NCBI GenBank assembly: GCA_045654885.1 | Contig: JAZOOF010000049.1 | Coordinates: forward strand, 658-64,657 | Reading direction: 5' to 3' | Origin: Bacteroidaceae bacterium | Lineage (GTDB): Bacteria; Bacteroidota; Bacteroidia; Bacteroidales; Bacteroidaceae | DNA: 64,000 nucleotides | Part shown: one piece after another, positions 28,767 through 36,258 of the stretch | Layout: the number at the start of each line of letters is the position of its first letter | Position numbering within the stretch: position 1 is the first letter of the stretch | Made by a program: the position numbers and the translations under genes | Notes under the pieces: model-generated | Databases searched by the model: none | What the model was told of the DNA's origin: nothing | The model's input: only the letters and a program-made list of their open reading frames with translations

Positions 28767-28805
28767 TTTGCTTTTATTGTATTTAAATAAGTGTTGGAAC
28801 CGATA

Positions 28806-29534
28806 TTACAGTTTCGTCATCTCTATGTTTTCGGTACTATCCCTTAAAATAAGTTCCTTGATTCTGCTACCTCCATACTTCCACATCTTGTGGCAGAATA
28901 CCAGAAATACAATTGTTAGAATGCCACTGATGGCAGGTGTTACGTCTGTTATGAACAATATTGAATCGTAGAGTCCATGAACGATGATAGGTGCAACCAA
29001 TATAAGAATCTTATTCTTCAATGGTGTCTTGGGATAGAATTTGGCAAGTGAATAATAGTATCCCATAAGTATGCCGAAACAGAAATGTCCGGGCACGGCG
29101 AATATGGCGCGGGTGATACCTACCGACAGATATGATTCTACATTAGAGAACAAGTACATGATATTTTCTAATGCAGCGAAACCAAGCGAAATGCATACTG
29201 CATATACAATACCGTCCATCTTTTCGTCAAAGAATCTGTTTTTGCGCAGCACCAACCATAATAGGAAAAACTTGGCAATCTCCTCGGGTATCGCTGCACC
29301 AAAGAATGTCGCACTCACACTTCCAAAGATGCTTGTCGCCTCAGTAGGATATACACCAATCAATCCTAATGGTATTGACATACAAAAGGACAATGGAATA
29401 GACAATATTCCATAAAAGAATGCTTTTAACAATTGTCCTGTTGGCTCTGGTGATTTCTTGTCCTTTTGGTATATATAATACACAAGGATAGCTATGGGTA
29501 GTAGCGCGGTTAGAAAAATTATTATTGGTTCCAT
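28806..29534 (-). CDS. PrsW family intramembrane metalloprotease
   Basis: 242 aa, multi-TM, with the signature motifs IPEEIAKFF, GFAALEN and VHGLYDS. Confidence 0.85.
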   Translation of the reverse strand: MEPIIIFLTALLPIAILVYYIYQKDKKSPEPTGQLLKAFFYGILSIPLSFCMSIPLGLIGVYPTEATSIFGSVSATFFGAAIPEEIAKFFLLWLVLRKNRFFDEKMDGIVYAVCISLGFAALENIMYLFSNVESYLSVGITRAIFAVPGHFCFGILMGYYYSLAKFYPKTPLKNKILILVAPIIVHGLYDSILFITDVTPAISGILTIVFLVFCHKMWKYGGSRIKELILRDSTENIEMTKL

Positions 29535-29548
29535 TTTTTGTTAAAGGT

Positions 29549-31051
29549 CTATTTCTTAAAAATAGATTTAAGTCGTTGAAAGAATGTTTTATGTACTTCG
29601 GAATCCTGTTCTTGTGAGTTATCAATCACGACGTTTTTACTCTCTCTATTTGATTCATAGTTAAAGGAACCTTCATTCTGTTTTACTTGTTTAGATTGCA
29701 AGAATCTGTTTTTATTATTCTTAAGATTAAGAAAATATAACAAGTTGTCCTTGTAATTTTCAGTTGTAAAACATTGTTTATCTCTAAGCCAAGCAGGAAT
29801 ACTATGGATATTGATTTCAGATGATAGAATATTAACAATTTTTGCGTTTGGCTTATGTCCTGTATTTATGTCATTTACAAAAGTGTGCCACTCTGCAGCA
29901 ACATATGGTGTCTCAATATAATCAATACGAGTCGCAAAAACGATCATATTGTCACATACATTTATCACTTCTCCTATAAGAGCTGTATATTGGTCAATTC
30001 CTATTTCTTTAATAGACTTATCTGCAAGAAAAGGCCTAAAACCATTAGAATCCAAGAATTTATATAAATCATATGCTAATGCATAATCTTGGCTCTTACA
30101 TGAAATGAATATATCGAAACCTCGCTCGTTGATTTCGTTGCGTATTTTTTCTATCACCCTAGAAATACGAGCTTTACGTGTTCTTACCAAATCCCATATC
30201 TGCAATATGGCGCTATAATAATTCTTGGTATCTTGTATCAATGTTATTAAACTCTCTCCGTGGTGGGAGTTAAGCGAAATATCTAAACGTTCTATTGATT
30301 TTTCTCTAATAAAGTGCAGTTCTTCATTTGGAAAAAGTACACTTTCATCTTCACCTTGAACCACAAGTGTAGGATTTTCTTCTAATTTTACCTTGAAGTA
30401 TTGTATATCTCTATCTCGTTCATTTGCTTTCTCGTCCATTCCTAGTTGTAACTCCTTTGCTTTTTTCCTTTCCAATCTTTGTAATGCAATATTCCAAGAT
30501 TTACGTTTTTCATTTCTTCTATCAACATCTTGTTGTAAAATAACATTTCTACGTCTTTCACTATTATATTGAGAAACAATAGCATTGTTGTCTTCCAAAA
30601 ATGAATGCAAAATATTTAGGGGTGTGAGAAAATCCTCAAGATCATTATAGTTATATATAGTAAAAACTTGCGGTTTTATTTTTTTATCCCGACTAATAAG
30701 AATGAATGCTGGGAGACTTGAACGAAGCAGCCCAAAATGATTACAGATATCATCGGCTGTTTGCATTGTTACACTAACACCCTCACCATATAGAGGGTGC
30801 CAATCAGATAAATTTTTCACCCATCTCGTCAGGTTTTCGTTCATTTTATCATATGAATTATTGATGAAATAAAAAAAACATATTCTATTCCCTGTTATGC
30901 GGTCTATTCTCCATGCATTATCAACTATTTCACGGAGGATACTTTTGTCATTATCATCGAAACTACTTACAAAAAGTAGCATAAGGTCATATTGATATTG
31001 ATAATAGAACCTATCAAGGACTTGATCAAATTTTAGGGGTGTTACGAACAT
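29549..31051 (-). CDS. TIR domain protein with an unknown N-terminal domain and a coiled coil
   Basis: Residues ~311-430 (nt 29762-30121) read FDIFISCKSQDYA...FLADKS...MIVFAT...YVAAEWHTF, a TIR fold with a Glu. Residues 160-225 are charged coiled coil. I do not recognise the N-terminal 150 aa. Confidence 0.8.
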   Translation of the reverse strand: MFVTPLKFDQVLDRFYYQYQYDLMLLFVSSFDDNDKSILREIVDNAWRIDRITGNRICFFYFINNSYDKMNENLTRWVKNLSDWHPLYGEGVSVTMQTADDICNHFGLLRSSLPAFILISRDKKIKPQVFTIYNYNDLEDFLTPLNILHSFLEDNNAIVSQYNSERRRNVILQQDVDRRNEKRKSWNIALQRLERKKAKELQLGMDEKANERDRDIQYFKVKLEENPTLVVQGEDESVLFPNEELHFIREKSIERLDISLNSHHGESLITLIQDTKNYYSAILQIWDLVRTRKARISRVIEKIRNEINERGFDIFISCKSQDYALAYDLYKFLDSNGFRPFLADKSIKEIGIDQYTALIGEVINVCDNMIVFATRIDYIETPYVAAEWHTFVNDINTGHKPNAKIVNILSSEINIHSIPAWLRDKQCFTTENYKDNLLYFLNLKNNKNRFLQSKQVKQNEGSFNYESNRESKNVVIDNSQEQDSEVHKTFFQRLKSIFKK

Positions 31052-31145
31052 ATCTATAGGAATGTCTGAATTAAAATTATATTAAAGAAGAATCAAAATG
31101 CTAACAATTAACAGTTCGCAAAAACTCTCATTTACTATATCACTT

Positions 31146-31153
31146 CAAAATTA
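31146..31153 (-). promoter_or_regulatory. Candidate internal -7 promoter element (TAATTTTG on minus) in the 211-nt gap of the island
   Basis: caaaatta on the plus strand, about 95 nt upstream of the ATG at 31051. This is the only sizeable intergenic gap inside the cluster. Confidence 0.25.
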
Positions 31154-31262
31154 TATACTTCTTTCATATCACTTGGCAGGTCAGCACGTGGCTCAATACT
31201 GATAGGGCATATTTTTAATGTTGCATCCCTTTGACTGAGTTGAGGATATGCCAAAAGTTCCG

Positions 31263-31724
31263 CTATTTAAAAACCATTCCTCTAATCTCCTCCCCAATAG
31301 CCTCTTCAAGGAAATCACATCTTGCGCAAAGGAGCAGCTCGTGGGTATACTCCTCTAGCATGGCTTTATAGTATGTGACATCTTTGTGATTGGTGTGTGT
31401 TATTCTTTCCCAAAGTGTCTGCTCCACTGCATCTTTATATGCATTGTCCACCGTTTCTCTGTCATCATCGGTCATTAGCTGGCGCAGCTTAGGGTGATTG
31501 AGAATATCTTCTAGCGAGCGTGGGTCATTGGGCGCTATCTCTTGCCAAAGTGCCCGCAGGAACTCTTTGTATTCACATTCTATTCTCAATGGTAGTTCTT
31601 TGTCATATTCTCCTATGCTTTCGGGCTGCTCATGGGCTGCTTCATTGACAATGTTTCCAAAGTATTTGTCAAGTATCTCCCTCTCTTTCTTTATGCACAG
31701 TTCTTTGATTTGCGTTTTGTCCAT
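31263..31724 (-). CDS. Hypothetical protein (helical, acidic), island-specific
   Basis: 153 aa from MDKTQIKELC (ATG 31722-31724). The longer ORF would overlap the upstream gene. No recognisable family. Confidence 0.5.
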   Translation of the reverse strand: MDKTQIKELCIKKEREILDKYFGNIVNEAAHEQPESIGEYDKELPLRIECEYKEFLRALWQEIAPNDPRSLEDILNHPKLRQLMTDDDRETVDNAYKDAVEQTLWERITHTNHKDVTYYKAMLEEYTHELLLCARCDFLEEAIGEEIRGMVFK

Positions 31725-31789
31725 GATATTTTTTATGCTACAAGAGTGTATGAATTGTTTGATGAGATGAAAGTTGAATATAGCTTGTT

Positions 31790-32926
31790 TTATTCGTACA
31801 ATGACCAGTCGATGTCTATCTTGTGTCCACACTTATCACAGAACACCTGTTTCTTGTAGATGATTGCATTGCACTTGGGGCAGTGGAACTCCTGCTGTGA
31901 GTTACGGATGCGCTCTCTTAGTATTCTGTAAAGTTCAGTGTCTTCGCGCTTAATCAAATCATAACCCAATTTCTTCAGCAGCTTGATTGTGTCCATGGCC
32001 ATGTTGCGGTCGAAATCCTTTTCTTTCTCAGGCAGTTGTGAATAGGGTACCATGCAAGGGTTCTCTTTCTTGGCATCGTTACGCTCCGGTCCATAGCTCC
32101 AACCTTGTGCAAGGCGTTCAGCAGCCCATACTTCGTGGGCATTCTCCGCAATTGCTTCACGCAGTTCGTTCAGGTCCTCTGCCAGTTGTACATCTGTCAG
32201 GTCAATAGGTCTTGGAGTGTATGTTTTCATATCTTTTGTGTTTATGGTTACTAAATAGTTTTTTGAATCGTTCCATGCATCGACGAATTGTTCGATGGGG
32301 TATGTGTCCTCGCTGTTTGGTGAGTTGGGGTCATGTATTATCACGCAATTGTTGACTGTGTCACAGGAGAGGACAACCACTGTGTGGTCGGGAACCTCAC
32401 CAATCAATATGTCCTCGATAATCTCTTCGGTTCTATTCCCCAGTAACTCTCCGCCATCAACGGCAACTATTACGCTATCATTTGCATTGAGAGCATTTGC
32501 TATATCGTCAAAAGAGGCATTATATTGGCGGGCAACAGCAAGGCCTTTTGCCTCTAAGTGGCGTCCTACATTATGTAGCGCAGTTCCGGTTTCTTTCTGC
32601 CAACCATTTTTAATTGCATTTTGCAGCAGTTGTTCTTCGTCAAACTCTATATTAAACTTGCGGAGTATATATTTCTCACACTCAAGGCTGCATAAATTCT
32701 CGCTGTTGCATGTGGCTGCAATAGCCGTCATTGGGATAGGCTCGCATTCATTGGGCAGTTTTCCCAATTCGGCGTCTACTAATTGAGAAATACGTAGCAA
32801 TTCTCTTAATTCAGCATCGTGGGGTAGTGTTTCGAGTATCTCTTTGCACTCCTGTGCGCTCGCATTTCCCTCAAGGAATGCTGCCAACACCTCTGCCGGG
32901 ATGTTATTTACCGATTTCTTCTTCAT
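31790..32926 (-). CDS. Anti-sigma-like N-terminus fused to a C39/papain-like peptidase domain, a RyR domain and a C-terminal zinc ribbon (no TM segment)
   Basis: Residues are numbered from the long ORF start at 32950. The N-terminus LAAFLEGNASAQECKEILETL is anti-sigma-like. Residues ~75-235 carry Cys (NLCSLEC), His (PDHTVVV) and Asp (IHDPN) in papain/C39 order. Residues ~255-335 are a RyR domain (AENAHEVWAAERLAQGWSYGPERNDAKKENPCMVPYSQLPEKEKDFDR). The ribbon is CPKC...CDKC. The gene overlaps the sigma gene by 23 nt. Confidence 0.75.
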   Translation of the reverse strand: MKKKSVNNIPAEVLAAFLEGNASAQECKEILETLPHDAELRELLRISQLVDAELGKLPNECEPIPMTAIAATCNSENLCSLECEKYILRKFNIEFDEEQLLQNAIKNGWQKETGTALHNVGRHLEAKGLAVARQYNASFDDIANALNANDSVIVAVDGGELLGNRTEEIIEDILIGEVPDHTVVVLSCDTVNNCVIIHDPNSPNSEDTYPIEQFVDAWNDSKNYLVTINTKDMKTYTPRPIDLTDVQLAEDLNELREAIAENAHEVWAAERLAQGWSYGPERNDAKKENPCMVPYSQLPEKEKDFDRNMAMDTIKLLKKLGYDLIKREDTELYRILRERIRNSQQEFHCPKCNAIIYKKQVFCDKCGHKIDIDWSLYE

Positions 32927-33473
32927 ACTTCCCAATCTCCTTAAGTGCAATTTCAGTCAAGGCTGCAATGGCACGTTTTTTTATGTTATACAAATTGTCT
33001 ACATTGGTCATTAGTTCCGCAGCCACAACCTTTGGCTCGGCTTCTTCCAGGACCAATCGTCTTATTACATGGACATAGCGCTTGTTCGGCATCATTGAAA
33101 ACAGGTGCTCTATATCCATTTTTGCATTAGTCGCCGCCTCATTGACGGTGTCTTCATGTATCTCATTCTCAAAAAGATTCACTTTGGGTTCCATATCTAT
33201 CATGTTATTGCGCTTTGCAATAAAGTAGCGAATAGCAATTACTTTCATCCACTGATAGATAGTGCTACGACCTTGGAACTGTCTTAAACGATATGCATCG
33301 TTTTCCATTAGGTGCAGATAGAATTCGTTTACAAATTCATCGTAGTCAACCTCATAGGAGAATACATTACGCATTATGCTCATGAAAAGCGGGCGGCAAC
33401 TCTTGAAAAAGAACTGCTGCGTCACTCGCTCGTCCCGAGCAATCAATGCTTCAATTATTTGTTGGTCGGTCAT
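32904..33473 (-). CDS. RNA polymerase sigma-70 family (ECF-type) factor
   Basis: 189 aa. Region 2 (DYDEFVNEFYLHLMEND...YQWMKVIAIRYF) and a region 4 HTH (RYVHVIRRLVLEEAEPKVVAAELMTNVDNLYNIKKRA). Confidence 0.8.
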   Translation of the reverse strand: MTDQQIIEALIARDERVTQQFFFKSCRPLFMSIMRNVFSYEVDYDEFVNEFYLHLMENDAYRLRQFQGRSTIYQWMKVIAIRYFIAKRNNMIDMEPKVNLFENEIHEDTVNEAATNAKMDIEHLFSMMPNKRYVHVIRRLVLEEAEPKVVAAELMTNVDNLYNIKKRAIAALTEIALKEIGKYEEEIGK

Positions 33474-33479
33474 TGTTTG

Positions 33480-36008
33480 TTACTCTTTAAGATATGATGT
33501 GTACGCTGTAGGCAACACTTTTATCAACGTTTCGTCCAGTTCCATTACGTTGCAATCAATTTCTTTCAATTTGCTGTTTGAACAGATATCAAGATGAGCA
33601 AAATTCTTTTTTAATCTATTTTTCTCCATAGCAGACGAATAAAGGTCGGTAATTTTTGCTTTCATCTGTTCGTCGTATGTTAAAGGACGGTAGCGCAGCA
33701 ACAATTGCTCTAAAACCCATCTGTTGTGTTCTACTTCTCCCAATTTTTTCATCATTGAACCTTCAAATCCTTTTGACGGGTCTGTTCCAAAACATCTGAA
33801 TTTACTGAACATTGAATAGATGTTATACTGATTTGACCACATCTTTGCAGACTTTGGTTTATCGTTGGTTTTATACATATTGGCTCTGGGATATTTAAAA
33901 GATTCCATTACTTCAGAATATTTTATTTTTCCACGGTTTTCTTTTATCCACTCGTCACATCCTTTTTTGATTTTTTCTTTATTCTTGTCAGAACTTATGC
34001 TATAATAACCATTGGAGATTTTATCATAATCTTCGTCTGTCAATTTTTTATAGCGCTTTTTCATCTGCTCCCAAACAAATTGGTCATATGCATCTCCAAC
34101 TTTTTTGGAAATACTTTCTGCCATCTCTGTTAAAGAAAGATTATAGCATTTTTTTGCCATTCCAAAAGCTTTGAGTTTTTCTGAATATCTGCCTTTATAG
34201 TTTATTTGATTGAGCAGTTCGTCGTCTAATCTTTGATAAACCAATACTTGTTGTGTAGAAGTTTCTTCATATATACAACTCGGTAAATATGTAGCAGCTG
34301 CTATTGCACGACTATTTTCTGGCAGACATATTGCAATTGTCATTTTTGCATTCATGTTTCTGCTTGCATCTTCCAGATATTTTTGTATAGCCGGATTTTC
34401 AACAGAACCATTTATGAATTCCCACTCAATGTCAAGGAAGTCACCTCCCAGGTAGTCAAAACCAACCGGGATGTGGATGTCCTGTGGATTCCATTCCAAG
34501 ACTCCGTTTTCATTGATGTTGCCATATCGCCAATGTGAAAGCGCAAACAGTTCCTTGAAACGTCCTATGAAGAAGTTCTTTTCCTCTGCTGCATTCTTGT
34601 CTATGAAGGTGATTTTTGTACGTATCTGTTTATTCTCATAATTTGGATAGTGGCATAAATGTGCTGCTTCTATTGCCATAGCCACTCCCATGCGTGACAT
34701 TCCTACAATTACAAGATGTACAAAATTATTGTCATCTGGTTTTATGCCATCAAATCCTTCAAGAGGCAAATACTTGCCATTTCCTTTAAGTTCTTGGCAT
34801 ACAAGAACATTTTGAGCCCACATCTCATAGTAATTGAAGGGCAGGAACTTTATTTTATCAACATTGATATCTGTTACTTGAAGAACATTGAATGAGGTCT
34901 GGTATTCGAACATAACGCGACAAACCAGTTCTTCCCCTTTCTTGAATGCTTGGGAATTTTTGATTTCGTCATTGATTAATCTCAAACATTTCATGTTCAT
35001 TGTGTCATGATACGACTCAATGTCATCGGTTCTTGTATCCTCGCCAATGACAAAAACTTCTATTGCATTCTCAATGTGTAAATATGCAATGTCATCTTTA
35101 GAAGTGCGGTTGCCATAATATATGATTATATGTTTCTGTTGCTCCTCTGTCAGTCCCGAGAAGAGTTCACGCCTGAAGCTTTCTACATCGCGTAGGGTTT
35201 GGATAACTATGTAAGGCAACTTTTTGACCTTGTTATTGACGAACAGCTCGCTGACGATTCCAATGGCAACATCGTTTCCACCAATGACTATGTAGAATTT
35301 CTTTTTTGCTCTACGTAGAAAACGTTTGTATTTGACCTCTCCTTTTAGCCATTGCTCCCTGCGTCGGTCAATCCAACTGATGAGCATTGAAATCAATAGG
35401 CCGTTAAGGAGAAGAAAACCCAATGTGGCAATAATGCTGGAAATGATACGCCCTCTGTGCGTTGTTGTCATATGTTGGTTCCCCGGGTCGATAAAATGGT
35501 AGTATACAGTCCACAACAGTGATGGGTTTTCCTGTTTTTCCTTTATAGAGTCCGGCAAGTTTGATTGCTTGAGTATGGTGCAACTCTTTCCTTCTTCATT
35601 GCATGTTATGATACCTAATGTGTCTATTCCTGAATACTCCTCTTTATATAGATTATCTTCGTAGACCAATTCTTTGCTTGATAGGCATTGATAATCTTCT
35701 TTGGCACAATGTTTGTCGGTAATGGCGATGTTGACAAGATGAACGATTGCTGTGATTGTTACAGGTATGAACAATACAAATTTTATGACCTTGCCCAAGA
35801 AGTTTCCTCTTGTCAAAAGCCAATCACGTTTTATGGGTTTGCAGAAAACAATAAAGTACCGTATGCAGTATATGAGACCAATAGCACCGACAATGATTTC
35901 AAAACACTGTTTCTGCCAAAAGATACCAACTACATACGTAATTATACATATGGCGAGTAATGCGATTTCTAAAAATTTCCAAATAATATTCTTTATTGTA
36001 TTGCGCAT
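33480..36008 (-). CDS. Multi-TM protein with a CASTOR/POLLUX-like pore motif, two Rossmann/RCK-like modules and a divergent RyR-like C-terminus (putative ligand-gated cation channel)
   Basis: 3 N-terminal TM helices, a Cys-containing loop, then LLWTVYYHFIDPGNQHM followed by a TM helix (a pore-helix/filter/inner-helix arrangement). FYIVIGGNDVAIG and HLVIVGMSRMGVA are Rossmann-type beta-alpha starts. The C-terminal GEVEHNRWVLEQLLLRY...AHLDI...L.E resembles the RyR/TrkA-N-RyR architecture. Confidence 0.65.
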   Translation of the reverse strand: MRNTIKNIIWKFLEIALLAICIITYVVGIFWQKQCFEIIVGAIGLIYCIRYFIVFCKPIKRDWLLTRGNFLGKVIKFVLFIPVTITAIVHLVNIAITDKHCAKEDYQCLSSKELVYEDNLYKEEYSGIDTLGIITCNEEGKSCTILKQSNLPDSIKEKQENPSLLWTVYYHFIDPGNQHMTTTHRGRIISSIIATLGFLLLNGLLISMLISWIDRRREQWLKGEVKYKRFLRRAKKKFYIVIGGNDVAIGIVSELFVNNKVKKLPYIVIQTLRDVESFRRELFSGLTEEQQKHIIIYYGNRTSKDDIAYLHIENAIEVFVIGEDTRTDDIESYHDTMNMKCLRLINDEIKNSQAFKKGEELVCRVMFEYQTSFNVLQVTDINVDKIKFLPFNYYEMWAQNVLVCQELKGNGKYLPLEGFDGIKPDDNNFVHLVIVGMSRMGVAMAIEAAHLCHYPNYENKQIRTKITFIDKNAAEEKNFFIGRFKELFALSHWRYGNINENGVLEWNPQDIHIPVGFDYLGGDFLDIEWEFINGSVENPAIQKYLEDASRNMNAKMTIAICLPENSRAIAAATYLPSCIYEETSTQQVLVYQRLDDELLNQINYKGRYSEKLKAFGMAKKCYNLSLTEMAESISKKVGDAYDQFVWEQMKKRYKKLTDEDYDKISNGYYSISSDKNKEKIKKGCDEWIKENRGKIKYSEVMESFKYPRANMYKTNDKPKSAKMWSNQYNIYSMFSKFRCFGTDPSKGFEGSMMKKLGEVEHNRWVLEQLLLRYRPLTYDEQMKAKITDLYSSAMEKNRLKKNFAHLDICSNSKLKEIDCNVMELDETLIKVLPTAYTSYLKE

Positions 36009-36057
36009 ATGTGGAACCGGTGTTTGTCAAAAAAAAGTAAATAGAATTCAACAAATG

Positions 36058-36065
36058 CAAATATA
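36058..36065 (-). promoter_or_regulatory. Candidate -7 promoter element for the island operon (TATATTTG on minus)
   Basis: caaatata on the plus strand, about 50 nt upstream of the ATG at 36008, in a very AT-rich 270-nt intergenic region. Confidence 0.35.
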
Positions 36066-36250
36066 TATTAAAATGTTTGAAATGAAATAAAATCTTACTT
36101 ATTATTCGTTTAGAGTATAATAATTTGCGCTTTACTCATTTTGTCTGTTATCAATGTTATATATTTATGAAATTCTATTTTTTTATGTTGCTTTGCCTTT
36201 TGTTTAAGTTTTTTTAAATCTATCTTTTAAAGATTTATGGATTTTTATTG

Positions 36251-36258
36251 TAAATTTG
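36251..36258 (+). promoter_or_regulatory. Candidate -7 promoter element (TAAATTTG)
   Basis: Matches TAnnTTTG, 20 nt upstream of the ATG at 36278. Confidence 0.35.

Noticed and set aside
26988-31051. Canonical Thoeris system, because of the two TIR (ThsB-like) genes
   Set aside because: No ThsA-type effector (SIR2 or TM domain fused to SLOG/Macro) is present. The neighbours are PrsW, RyR and sigma/anti-sigma genes, so the locus does not fit Thoeris type I/II architecture.
31725-31832. N-terminal extension of the 189-aa ORF (31263-31832)
   Set aside because: The extension would overlap the 3' end of the anti-sigma fusion gene by 43 nt and reads as low-quality sequence (MWTQDRHRLVIVRIKQ...). 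The internal ATG at 31722-31724 gives a compact 153-aa protein.
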